A DNA stretch of 64,000 bases from the human T2T-CHM13v2.0 reference genome, Homo sapiens, in the NCBI RefSeq assembly GCF_009914755.1, contig NC_060933.1. One strand, 5' to 3'. Both the position numbers and the translations under genes were made by a program. This document shows positions 44,435 through 57,900 of this stretch, one piece after another. Position 1 is the first letter of the stretch, and the number at the start of each line of letters is the position of its first letter. The notes beneath the pieces are model-generated. The model did not search any database. It was not told the DNA's origin and was given only the letters and a program-made list of their open reading frames with translations.

Positions 44435-47400
44435 ATTGGACCGCTTTGAGGCCTTCGTTGGAAACGGGAATATCTTCACATAAACACTAGACAGAAGCAT
44501 TCTCAGAAACTTCTTTGTGCTGTGTGCATTCAACTCACAGAGTTGAACCTTTCTTTTGATAGAGCAGGTTGAAACACTCTTGTTGCAGAATCTGCAAGTG
44601 GACATTTGGAGCGCCTTGAGGTCTATGGTGGAAAAGGAAATATCTTCCCATAAAAACTAGACAGAAGCATTCTCAGAAACTTCTTTGTGATGTTTGCTTT
44701 CAACTCACAGATTTGGACATACTGTATCATAGAGCAGTTTTGAAACACTCTTTTCGCAGAATCTGCAAGTGGATATTTGGACTGCTTACCAGCCTTCATT
44801 GGAAACGGGAATATCTTCACATAATCACTAGACAGAAGCTTTCTCAGAAACTTCTTTGTGCTGTGTGCATTCAACTCACAGATTTGAAGCTTTCTTTAGA
44901 TAGAGCAGGTTTGAAACACTCTTTTTGTATAATCTGCAAGTGGACATTTGGAGCGCTTTAAGCCCTACGGTGGAAAAGGAAATATCTTCCAATAAAAACT
45001 AGACAGAAGCATTCTCAGAAACTTCTTTGTGATGTTTGCCTTCAACTCACAGAGTTGAACATACCTTATGATAGAGCAGTTTTGAAACAATCTTTTAGTT
45101 GAATCTGGAAGTGGATATTTGGAACTTTTTGAGGCCTTCATTAGAAACAGGAGTATCTTCACATAAAAATTAGACAGCAGCATTCTCAGAAACTTCTTTG
45201 TGATGTGTACATTCAACTCACAGAGTTGAACCTTTCTTTTGATAGGGCAGCTTTGAAACACTCTTTTTGTAGAATCTGTCAGTGGACTTTTGGAGAGCTT
45301 TGGGGCCTATGGTGGAAAATGAAATATCTTCACATAAAAACTAGACAGAAGCATTCTCAGAAACTTCTTTGTGATGTGTGCATTCAACTCACGAGTTGAA
45401 CCTTTCTTTTGATAAAGCAGACATTAAACACTCTTTTCTTAGTATCTGCAAGAGGATATTTGGACCGCTTTAAGTCCTTCATTGGAAACAGGAATATCTC
45501 ACATAAACACTAGACAGAAGCATTCTCAGAAACTTCTTTGTGATGTGTGCATTCAACTCACAGAGATGAACCTTTCTTTTGATAGAGCAGGTTTGAAACA
45601 CTCTTTTTGTAGAATCTGCAAGTGGACATTTGGAGGGCTTTGAGGCCTGTGGTGGAAAAGGAAATATCTTCCCATAAAAACTAGAGAGAATAATTCTCAG
45701 AAACATCTTTGTGATGTCTGCCTTCAACTGACAGAGTTGAACGTACCTTATCATAGAGCAGTTTTGAAACCATCATTTTGTAGAATCTTCAAGTGGAAAT
45801 TTGGAGAGCTTTGAGGCCTAAGGTGGGAAAGGAAATATCTTCACATAAAAGCTAGACAGAAGCATTCTCAGAAGCTTCTTTGGGATGTTTACATTCAACT
45901 GACAGAGTTGAACCTTTTTTTTGATAGAGCAGTTTTGAAACACTCTTCTCATAGAATCTGCAAGTGGATATTTGAAGCGCTTTGAGGACTTCATTGGAAA
46001 CTGGAATATCGTCACATAAACACTAGACAGAATTATTCTCAGAAACTTCTTTGTAATGTGTGCATTCAACTCACAGAGTTGAACCTCTCTTTTGTTACAG
46101 GAGTTTTGAAACACACTTTTTGCAGAATCTGCAAGTGGACATTTGGAGCGCCTTGAGGTCTATGGTGGAAAAGGAAATATCTTCACATAAAAACTAGACA
46201 GAAGCGTTCTCAGAAACTTCTTTGTGATGTTTGCATTCAACTCACAGAGTTGGACATACTTTATCATAGAGCAGTTTTGATACACTCTTTTAGTAGAGTC
46301 TACAAGTGGATATTTTGACCATTTAGTGGCCTTCATTGGAAATGGGAATATCCTTATATAAAAATTAAACAGAAGCATTCTCAGAAACTTCTTTGTGTTG
46401 TGTGCATTCAACTCACAGTGTTGAACCTTTCTTTTGACAGAGCAGGTTTGAAACACTGTTTTTGTAGAATCCGTAAGTGAACCTTTGGAGCACTTTGAGG
46501 CCTATGGTGGAAAAGGAAATATGTTCACATAAAAACTAGACAGAAGTATTCCCAGAAACTTCTTTGTGATGTTTGCATTCAACTCACAGAGTTGAACATA
46601 TCTTATGATAAAGCAGTTTTGAAACACTCTTTAGTAGAATCTGCAAGTGAATATTTGGAATGCTTTGAGGCCTTCGTTGGAAATGAGAATATCTTCACAT
46701 AAAAACTAGACAGGAGCATTCTCAGAAACTTCTTTGTAATGTGTACATTCAACGCACAGAGTTGAACCTTTCTTTTGATAGGGCATGTTTGAAACACTCT
46801 TTTTTTAGAATCAGCAAGAGGATATTTGGACCACTTTGAGGCCTTCATTGGAAGCAGGAAGATATTCACATGAACACTAGACAGAAGTATTCTCAGAAAC
46901 TTCTTTGTGATGTGTGCATTCAACTCACAGAGATGAACCTTTCTTTTGATAGAGCAGGATTGAAACACTCTTTTTGTAGAATCTGCAAGTGGACATTTGG
47001 AGAGCTTTGAGGTCTATTGTGGAAAAGGAAATATCTTTATATAAAAATGAGACAGAAGAATTCTCAGAATCTTCTTTGTGATGTTCACATTCCACTCACA
47101 GAGTTGAACATACCATTTCATAGAGCCTTTTGAAACACTCTTTGTAAAATCTGCAAGTGGATATTTGGACAGTTTTGAGGCCTTTGTTGGAAACGGGAAT
47201 ATCTTCACATAAGTACTAGACAGAGGCATTCTCAGAAACTTCTTTGTGATGTGTGCATTCAGCTCACAGATCTGAACCTTTCTTTTGATAGAGCAGGTTG
47301 GAAACACTCGTTTTGTAGAATCTCCAAGTGGACATTTGGAGAGCTTTGTGGCCTATGGTGGAAAAGGAAATATCTTCACTTAAAAACTAGACAGAAGCAC

Positions 47401-50400
47401 TCTCAGAAACTTCTTTTTGATATTTGCATTTAATTCACAGAGTAGAAACTTCCTTTTCATAGATCACTTTTGATGCACTCCTTTAGTAGAATCTGAAGGG
47501 GATATTTGGACCGCTTTGAGGCATTCGATGGAAACGGGAATATCTTCACATAATCACTAGACAAGGGTTCTCTGAAACTTCTTTGTGCTGTGTGCATTAA
47601 AATCACAGAGTTGAACCTTACTTTTCATACAGCAGGTTTGAAACACACTTTTTGTACAATCTGTAACTGGACATTTAAAGTGTTTTGAGGCCTATGGTGG
47701 AAAAGGAAATATCTTCCCATAAAAATTAGCTAGAAGCTTTCTCAGAAATTTCTTTGTGATGTTTGCATTCAACTCACAGAGTTGAACATATCTTATCATA
47801 GAGCTGTTTTGAAACACTCTTTTAGTAGAATCTGCAAGTGGATATTTGGAACGCCTTGAGGCCTTCATTGGAAACAGGAATATCTTCAAATAAAAACTAG
47901 ACAGCATCATTCTCAGAAACTTGTTTGTGATGTGTACATTCAGCTCACCGAGTTGAAACTTTCTTTTGATAGAGCAGTTTTTAAACACTCTTTTAGAAGA
48001 ATCTGCAAGTGGATATTTGGACCGCATTGAGGCCTTCGCTGGAAATGGGAATATCTTCACATAAAAACTAAACAGCAGCATTCTAAGAAACTTTTTGTGA
48101 TGTGTACATTCAACTAACAGAGTTGAAAATTTCTTTTGATAGATCAATTTTGAAACACTCTTTTTGTAGTATCTGCAAGTGGATATTTGTACTGCTTTGA
48201 GGCCTTCGTTTGAAATGGGAATATCTTCACATAAACACTAGACAGAAGCATTCTCACAAACTTCTTTGTGATGTGTGCCTTCAACTCACAGAATTGAACC
48301 TTTCTTTTGATAGAGCAGGTTTGAAGCACTCTTTTTGTAGAATCTGCAGGTGGATATTTGGAGCGCTTTGTGGCCTATGGTGGAAAAGGAAATATCTTCC
48401 CATAAAAACTAGGCAGAAGTATTCTCAGAAACTTCTTTGTGATGTTTGCATTCAACTCACAGAGTTGAACATACCACTTCATAGAGCAGTTTTGAAACAC
48501 TCTTTTTGTAGATCCTGCAAGTGGAAATTTGGAGAGCTTTGAGGCCTTTGTTGGAATGGGGTATATCTTCACATAAACACTGGACAGAAGCATTCTCAGA
48601 AACTTCTTTGTGATGTTTGCATTCAACTACTCACAGAGTTGAACATAATTTATCATAGAGCAGTTTTGAAACACTCTTTTTGTAGAATCTGCTAGTGGAT
48701 ATTTGGACTGTTTTGAGGCATTCGTTGGAAACGGGAATATCTTCATATAAAAACTAGACAGAAACATTCTCAGAAACTTCTTTTTGATGTGTGCATTCAA
48801 CTCACAGGGTTGAACATTTCTTTCGATAGGGCAGTTTTGAAACACTCTTTTTGTAGAATCTGCAAGTGGACATTTCTGAACTTTGAGGCTTATGGTGGAA
48901 AAGGAAATATCTTCACATGAAAACTAGACAGAAGCATTCTCAGAAACTTCTTTGTGATGTGTGCATTCAACTCACAGAGTTGAACCTTTCTTTTGATAGA
49001 GCAGGTTTGAAACAGTTTTTCTAGAATCTGAAAGTGGACATTTGGAGAGCTTTGAGGCCTATGTGGAAAATGAGGTATCTTCACATAAAAACTAGACAGA
49101 AGCAATATCAGAAACTTCTTTGTGATGTTTGCATTCAACTCAAACAGTTGAACATACCTTTTCATGGTGCAGTTTTGAAACACTTTTTTTGTAGAATCTG
49201 CTTGTGGATATTTGGACTGCTTTGAGGCCTTCATTGGAGACGGGAATATCATTACATAAAAACTAGACAGAAGCATTCTCAGTAACTTGTTTGTGATCTG
49301 TGCCTTCAACTCACAGAGTTGAACCTTTCTTTTGATAGAGCAAGTTTGAAGCACTCTTTTTGCAGAATATGCAAGTGGACATTTGGAACCCTTTGGGGCC
49401 TATGGTGGAAAAGGAAATATCTTCACATAAAAACTAGTCAGAAGCACTCTCAGAATCTTCTTTCTGATGTGTGCATTCAACTGACAGAGTTGAAGCTTTC
49501 TTTTGATAGAGCAGGTTTGAGACACTCTTTCTGTAGCATCTGCAATGGACATTTGGAGCACTTTGAGGCCTATGGTGGAAAAAGAAATATCTTCCCATAA
49601 AAACAAGAGAGAAGCATTCAGAAACTTCTTTGTGATGTTTGCCTTCAACTCACGGAGTGGGAGATATCTTATAGAGCAGTTTTGAAACACTCTTTTAGTA
49701 GAATCTGCAAGTGGATATTTGGAACGCTTTGAGGCCTTCGTTGCAAACGGGAATATCTTCACATAAAAACTAGACAGCAGCATTCTCAGAAACTTCTGTA
49801 TGATGTGTGCATTCAACTCACAGAGATGAACCTTTCTTTTGATAGAGCAGTTTTGAAACACTCTTTTTGCAGAATCTACAAGTGGACATTTGAAGCGCTT
49901 TGAGGCCTGTGGTTGAAAAGGAAATATCTTCACAAAAAAACTAGACAGAAGCATTCTCAGAAATTATTTGTAATATTTGTATTCAACTCACAGAATTGGA
50001 CACATTTTATCATAGAGCAGCTTTGAAAAACTCTTTTAGTAGAATCTGCAAGTGAATATTTGGACCTCTTAGAGGTCTTCGTTGGAAACGGGAATATCTT
50101 CACATAAACATTCAACAGAAGCATTCTCATAATCTTCTTTGTGATGAGTGCATTCAACTCACAGAGTTGAAACTTTCTTTTCAAAGAGCAGGTTTGAAAC
50201 ACTCATTTTATAGAATGTGCAAATGGACATTTGGAGAGCTTTGAGGCCTGTGGTGGAAAAAAATATCTTCACATAAAAACTAGACAGAAGCATTCTCAGA
50301 AACTTCTTTGTGATGTTTGCATTCAACTCACAGAGCTGAAACTTCCTTTTCATAGAGCACTTTTGAAACACTTTTTTTGTAGAATCTGCAATGGATATTT

Positions 50401-53400
50401 GGACCACTTTGAGGCATTCGATGGAAACGGGAATATCTTCACATAATCACTAGACAGAAGCTTTCTCTGAAACTTCTTTGTCCTGTGTGGATTAAAATCA
50501 CAGAATTGAACCTTACTTTTCATAGAGCAGGTTTGAAACACACTTTTGTAGAATCTGTAACTGGACATTTAAAGTGCTTTGAGGTCAATGGTGGAAAGGG
50601 AAATATCTTCACATAAAAAATAGACAGAAGAATTCTCAGAAACATCTTTGTGATGTGTGCATTCCACTCACAGAGTTAAACCTTTCTTTTGATAGAGCAG
50701 GTTTGAAACACTCTTTGCAGAATCTGGAAGTGGACATTTGGAGTGCTTTGAAGCCTATGGTGGAAAAGGAAATATCTTCACATAAAAACTAGACAGAAGT
50801 ATTCTCAGAAACTTCTGTGTGCTGCTTGCATTCAACTCAGAGACTTGAAGATACTTAATAATAGAGCAGTTTTGAAACACTCTTTTAGTAGAATCTGCAA
50901 GTGGATATTTGGACCGCTTTGAGGCCTTCGTTGGAAACGGGAATATCTTCACATAATCACTAGACAGAAGCTTTCTCCGAAACTTCTTTGTTCTGTGTGC
51001 ATTCAACTCACAGAGTTGATCCTTTCTGTTGATAGAGCAGGTTTGAAACACTTTTTTTGTAGAATCTGCAAGGGGACATTTGGAGCGCTTTGAGGCCTAT
51101 GGTGGAAAAACAAATATCTTCCCATAAAACTAGAGAGAAGAATTCTCAGAAACTTCTTTGTGATGTTTGCCTTCAACTCACGGAGTTGAACATACCTTAT
51201 GATAGAGCAGTTTTGAAACACTCTTTTAGTAGAATCTGCAAGTGGATATTTGGATCGCTTTGAAGGCTTCGTTGGAAATGGGAATATCTTCACATAAAAA
51301 CTAGACAGCAGCATCCTCAGAAACTTCTTGTGATGTGTACATTCAACTCATAGAGTTGAAACTTTCTTTTGATAGAACAGTTTTGAAACACTCTTTTTGT
51401 AGAGTTTACAGGTGGATATTTGGAATGCGTTGAGGCATTCGTTGGAAACGGGAATATCTTCACATAAACACTAGACGGAAGTTTTCTCCGAAACTTCTTT
51501 GGCTGTGTGCATTCAACTCACAGAGTTGAACCTTTCTTTTGATAGAACAGGTTTCAAACACTCTTTTTGTAGAATCTGCAAGTGAACAGTTGGAGCGCTT
51601 TGAGGCATATGGTGGAAAAGGAAATATCTTCGCATAAAAACTAGACAGTAGCATTCTCAGAAACTTATTTGTGAAGGTGATGTGTGCATTCAACTCATAG
51701 AGTTGAACCTTTCTTTTGATAGAGCAGGTTTGAAACACTCTTTTTGCAGAATCTGCAAGTGGACATTTGGAGCCCTTTGAGGCCTATGTTGGAAAAGGAA
51801 GTATCTTCACATAAAAACTAGACAGAAACATTTTCAGAAACTTCTTTGTGATGCCTGCATTCAACTCACAGAGCTGGACATACTTTATCATAGAGCAGTT
51901 ATGAAACACTCTTTTAGTGGAATCTGCAAGTGGATATTTGGACCACTTAGAGTCCTTCCTTGGAAACGGGAATATCTTCTCATAAAAACTAGACAGAAGC
52001 ATTTTCTGAAACTTCTTTGTGATGTGTGCATTCAATTCACAGAGTTGAACCTTTCTTTTGATAGAACAGGTTTGAAACACTCTTTTTGTAGAATCTGCAA
52101 GTGGACTCTTGGAGCGCTTTGAGGCCTATGGTGGAAAAGGATATATCTTCACATAAAAACTAGACAAAGCATTCTCAGAAACTTCTTTGTGATGTTTGCA
52201 TTCAGCTCACAGAGTTGAACATGGCTTTTCATGGAGCAGTTTTGAAGCACTCTTTTTGCAGAATCTGCTAGTGGATATTTGGACTTCTTTGAGGCCTTCG
52301 TTGGAAACGGGAATATCTTCACATTAAAACTATACAGAAGCATTCTCAGAAACTTCTTTGTGATGTGTGCATTCGTCTCACAGAGTTGAACCTTTCGTTT
52401 GATAGGGCAGTTTTGAAACACTCTTTTTGTTGAATCTGCAAGTGGACATTTGGAGAGCTTTGAGGCCTATGGTGGTAAAGGAAATATCTTCACATAAAAT
52501 CTAGACAGAAGCATTCTCAGAAACTTCTTTGTGATGTGTGCATTCAACTCACAGACTTGAACCTTTCTTTTGATAGAGTAGATATGAAACACTCTTTTTG
52601 CAGTATCTGCATGTGGACATTTGGAGAGCTTTGAGGCCTACAGTGGAAACAGATATATCTTCACATAAAAACTAGATAGAAGCATTCTCAGAAACTTCTT
52701 TGTGATGTTTGCATTCAACTCACAGAGTTGAACCTTCCTTTTCATAGAGCAGTTTTGAAACACTCTTTTTGTATAACCTGCAAGTAGATATTTGGACCGA
52801 TTTGAAGCCTTCGTAGGAAAAGGGAATATCTTCACATAAACACTAGACAGAGGCATTCTCAGAAACTTCTTTCTGACGTGTACATTCAATTCACAGAGTT
52901 GAACCTTTCTTTTGATAGACCAAGTTTGAAACACTCTTTTTGTAGAATCTGCAAGTGGACCTTTGGAAGGCTTTGAGGCCTATGGTGGAAGAGGAAATAT
53001 CTTCACATAAAAACTAGACAGAAGCATTCTCAGAAACTTCTTTGTGATGTTTGCATTCAACTCACAGAGTTGCACACACGTTTTCATGGAGCAGTTTTGA
53101 CAGATTGTTGTTGTAGAATCTCCTAGTGGATATTTGGACTGCTTTGAGGCCTTCGTTGGAAACGGGAATGTCTTCACATAAAAACTAGACAGATGCATTC
53201 TCAGAAACTTCTTTGTGATGTGTGCATTCAACTCACAGAGTTGACCCTTTCTTTTGATAGATCAGTTTTGAAACACTCTTTTTGTAGAATCTGCAACTGG
53301 ACATTTGGAGAGCTTTGATGCCTATTGTGGAAAAAGAAATATCTTCACATAAGAACCAGACAGAAGCATTCTCGGAAGCTTCTTTGTGATGTGTGCATTC

Positions 53401-54950
53401 AACTCACATTGTTGAACGTTTCTTTTGATAGAGCTGTTTTGAAACATTCTTTTTGTATAATCTGCAAGGGGACATTTGGAGAACTTTGAGGCCTATGATG
53501 TAAAAGGAAATATCTTCGCGGAAAAACTAGACAGAAGCATTCTCAGAAACTTCTTTGTGATGTGTGCATTCAACTCACAGAGTTGAACCTTTCTTTTGAT
53601 AGAGCAGGTTTGAAACACTCTTTTTGCAGAATCTGCAAGTGGACATTTGGAACGCTTTGAGGCCTATAGTGGAAAAGGAAATATCTTCACGGAAAAACTA
53701 GACAGAAGCATTCTCAGAAACGTCTTTGTGATGTGTGCATTCAACTCACAGAACTGATAATACTTTACCATAGAGCAGTTTTGAGTCACTCTTTTAGTAG
53801 AATCTGCAAGTGGATATTTGGACCGCTTTGAGGCATTCCTTGGAAACGGGAATATCTTCACATAAACACTAGACAGAAGCTTTCTCAGAAACTTCTTTGT
53901 GCTGTGTGCATTCAACTCACAGAGTTGAAACTTTCTTTTGACAGAACAGGTTTAAAACAGTCTTTTTGTAGACTCTGCAAGTGGACATTTCAGCGATTTG
54001 ATACCTATAGTGGAAAAGAAAATATCTTCCCATGTAAACGACAGAAGCATTCTCAGAAACTTCTTTGTGATGTTTGCCTTCAACTCACAGAGTTGAACAA
54101 ACCTTATCATAGAGCAGTTTTGAAACACTCTTTTAGTAGAATCTGCAAGTGTTTAATTGGACCGGTTAGAGGGCTTCGTTGGAAACGGGAATATCTTCAC
54201 ATAATCACTAGACGGAAGATTTCTCAGAAACTTCTTTGTGCTGTGTGCATTCAACTCACTGAGTTGAACCTTTCTTTTGATAGAGCAGGTTTGAAACACT
54301 CTTTTTGTAGAATCTGTAAGTGGACATTTGGAGCGCTTTGAGGCCTATGGTGGGAAAGGAAATATCTTCACATAAAAACTAGGCAGAAGCATTCTCAGAA
54401 ACTTCTTTGTGATGTTTGCATTCTACTCACAGAGTTGAATATTCATTTTCATGGGGCAGTTTTCAAACACTCTTTTTGTAGTATATGCTAGTGGAAATTT
54501 GGACTGCTTTGAGGCCTTCGTTGGAAACGGGAATATCTTCACATAAAAACTAGAGAGAAGCATTCTCAGAAACTTGTTTGTAATGTGTGCATTCACTTCA
54601 CAGAGTAGAAACTTTCTTTTGATAGAACAGTTTTGAAACACTCTTTTTGTAGAATCTGCAAGTGGACACTTGGAACACTTTGAGGCCAATAGTGGAAAAG
54701 GAAATATCTTCCGATCTAAACTAGAGAGAAGCATTCTCAGAAACTTCTTTTTGATGTTTGCCTTCAACTCACAGAGTGGAACATACCTTATCATAGAGTC
54801 GTTTTGAAACACTCCTTTAGTAGAATCTGCAAGTGGATATTAGGTACCCCTTGAGGCCCTCCTTGGAAACGGGAATATCTTCACATAAAATCTAGACAGC
54901 AGCATTCTCAGAAACTTCTTTGTGATGTGTACATTCAACTCACAGAGTTA

Positions 54951-57900
54951 AAGCTTTCTTTTGATTGAGAAGTTCTGAAACACTCTTTTTGTAGAATCCG
55001 CTAGTGGACTTTTGTAGCGCTTTTGGGCCTATAGTGGAAAAGGAAATATCTTCACATAAAAACTAGACAGAAGTATTCTCAGAATCTTCTTTGTGATGTG
55101 TGCCTTCAACTCAAATAGTTGAAACTTTCTTTTGATTCAGCAGTTTGGAAACACTCTTTTTGGAGATTCTGCAAGTGGACATTTGGATCGCTTTGCTGCC
55201 AATGCTAGGAAAGGAAATACCTTCACATAAAATCCAGACAGAAGCAATCTGAGAAACTTCTTTGTGATGTGTGCATTCATCTCGCAGTGTTGAACCTTTC
55301 TTTTGACTGAGCAGTTTTGAAACTCTCTTTTTGTAGCATCTTCAAGTGGACTTTTGGATCGTTTTGAGGCCTATGGTGGAAAAGGAAATATCTTCACATA
55401 AAAACTTGACAGAAGAATTCTGAGAATCTCCTTTGTGATGTATGCGTTTATCTCACAAAGTTGAACCTTCCTTTTGATTGAGCAGTTTAGAAACATTCTT
55501 TTTGTAGAATCTGCAAGTGGACTATTGGAGTGCTTTGTTGCCTATGGTAGAAAAGGAAATATCTTCACATAAAATCTAGACAGAAGCAATCTCAGAAACT
55601 TCTTTGTGATACGTGCATTCATCTCAGAGAGTTAAACCTTTCTTTTGGTTGAGTAGTTTTGAAGCTCTCTTTTTGTAGAATCTGCAAGTGGACATTTTGA
55701 GTGCTTTGAGGCCTACAGTGGGAAAGGAAATATCTTCACATAAAAACTAGACAGAAGAATTCTGAGAAACTTCTTTGTGATGTGTGCGTTCTTCTCACAG
55801 AGTTAAAACTTCCTTTTGATTGAGCAGTTTGCAGACACTCTTTTCGTAGAATCTGCAAGTGGCCTATTGGAGTGCTTTGTTGCCTATGTTATAAAAGGAA
55901 ATATCTTCACATAAAATCTAGACAGAACCAATGTGAGAAACCTCTTTGTGATGTGTGCATTCATCTCACAGAGTTAACGCATTCTTTTGATTGAGCAGTT
56001 TTGAAATTCTTTTTTTGTAGAATCTGCAAGTGAACATTTGGAGTGCTTTGAGGCCTATGGTGGAAAAGGAAATATCTTCACATAAAAACTAGAGAGAAGA
56101 ATTCTGAGAAACTTCTTTGTGATGTGTGCGTTCATCTCACAGAGTTGAACCTTTATTTTGATTAAGAATTATGGAAGCACTATTTTTGTAGATTCTGTAA
56201 GTGGGCATTTGAAGCGCTTTGCAGCCTAAGTTAGAAAAGGAAATATCCTCACATAAAATCTAGACAGAAGCAATGTGAGAAACTTCCTTGGGATGTGTGC
56301 ATTCATCTCACAGAGTTAACTCTTACTTTTGATTGAGCAGTTTTGAAACTCTCTTTTGTTGAATGTGGAAGTGGACATTTGGAGCGCTTTGAGGCTTATG
56401 GTGGAAAAGGAAATATCTTCACATAGAAACTAGACAGAAGCATTCTTAGAAACTTCTTTGTGATGTGTGCACTGATCTCACAGAGTTAAGCCTTTGTTTT
56501 GATTGAGCAGTTTTGAATCTCTCTTTTTGTAGAATCTGCAAGTTAACATTTGGAGCCCTTTGAGGTCTGTGGAGGAAAAGGAAATATTTTCACATCAAAA
56601 CTACACAGAAGAATTTGGAGAAGCTTCTTTGTGATGCATGCGTTTATCTCACAGAGTTGAACCTTTCTTTTGATTAAGCAGTTTGGAAACACTCTTTTTG
56701 TGGAATCTGCAAGTGGACATTTGGAGCGCTTTGCAGCCTATGTTAGAAAAGGAAATATATTCCCATAAAATCTAGACAGAATGAATCTGAGAAACTTCTT
56801 TGTGATGTGTGCATTCATCTCACAGAGTTAAAACTTTCTTTTGATTGAGCTGTCTTGAAACTCTCTTATTGTAAAATCTGCAAGTGGACATTTGGAGCGC
56901 TTTGAGGCCTACGGTGGAAAAGTAAATATTTTCACATAGAAACTAGACAGAAAAATTCTGAGAAACTTCTTTGTGATGTGTGCTTACATCTCACAGAGTT
57001 GAACCTTTCTTTCGATTGAGCAGTTTGGAAGCACTCTTTTTGTAGAATCTGCAAGCGGACATTTGGAGCGCTTTGCGACCTCTGGTAGAAAAGGAAATAT
57101 CTTCACAGAAAATCTAGATAAAAGCAGTCTGACAAACTTCTTTATGATGTGTGCATTCATCTCACAGAGTTAAACATTTCTTTTGATTAAGCAGTTTTGA
57201 AACTCTCTTTTTGTAGAATCTGCAAGTGTACATTTGGAGCGCTTTGAGGCCTATGGTGCAAAAGAAACGTCTTCAGATAAAAACTAGACAGAATAATTCT
57301 GAGAAACTTCTTTGTGATGTGTGCATTCATCTCACAGAATTGAACCTTTCTTTTGATTAACCAGTTTGGAATCACTCTTTTTGTAGAATCTGCAAGTGGA
57401 CATTTGGAGCACTTTGCGGCCTACGTTAGAAAAGGATATATATTAAACTAAAATCTAGACAGAAGCAATCTGAGAAACTTCTTTGTGATGTGTGCATGCA
57501 TCTCACAGAGTTAAAACTTTCTTTTGATGGAGCTGTCTTGAAACTCCCTTTTTGTAAAATCTGCAAGTGGACATTTGGAGCGCTATGAGGCCTATGATGG
57601 AAAAGGAAATATCTTCACATAAAAACTAGACAGCAGAATTCTGAGAAACTACTTTGTGATGTGTGCGTTCATATCACAGAGTTGAACTTTACTTTTGATT
57701 GAGCAGTTTGGAAAGACTCTTTTTGTAGAATTTGCAACTGGACATTTGGAGCGCTTTGTGGCCTATGGTAGAAAAGAAAATATCTTCACATAAAATCTAG
57801 ATAAAAGCAATCTGACAAACTTCTTTGTGGTGTGTGCATTCATCTCACAGAGTAAACCTTTCTTTTGACTGAGCACTGTGGAAACTCTCTTTTTGTAGAA

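Larger units (their letters stand above)
42476..54532 (+). promoter_or_regulatory. Cluster of 13 CENP-B boxes with an intact NTTCGNNNNANNCGGGN core
   Basis: 17-mers starting at 42476, 44453, 47523, 48720, 49736, 50077, 50416, 50926, 51437, 52296, 53151, 54174 and 54516 (manual count); ~25 further copies have core mutations. Confidence 0.85.
42200..54950 (+). repeat. Alpha satellite island, SF5 (R1/R2)-like irregular mix of A-type and CENP-B-box B-type monomers
   Basis: Diagnostic switch to 'ttctcagaaac', 'cattcaactc' and 'gatagagcag'; about half of the monomers carry 'cttcgttggaaacggga' or a decayed variant in place of 'ctatggtggaaaaggaa'. Confidence 0.9.

Noticed and set aside
42200-54950. 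Active centromeric HOR array
   Set aside because: It is short and divergent, has no homogeneous long period, and most CENP-B boxes have decayed.
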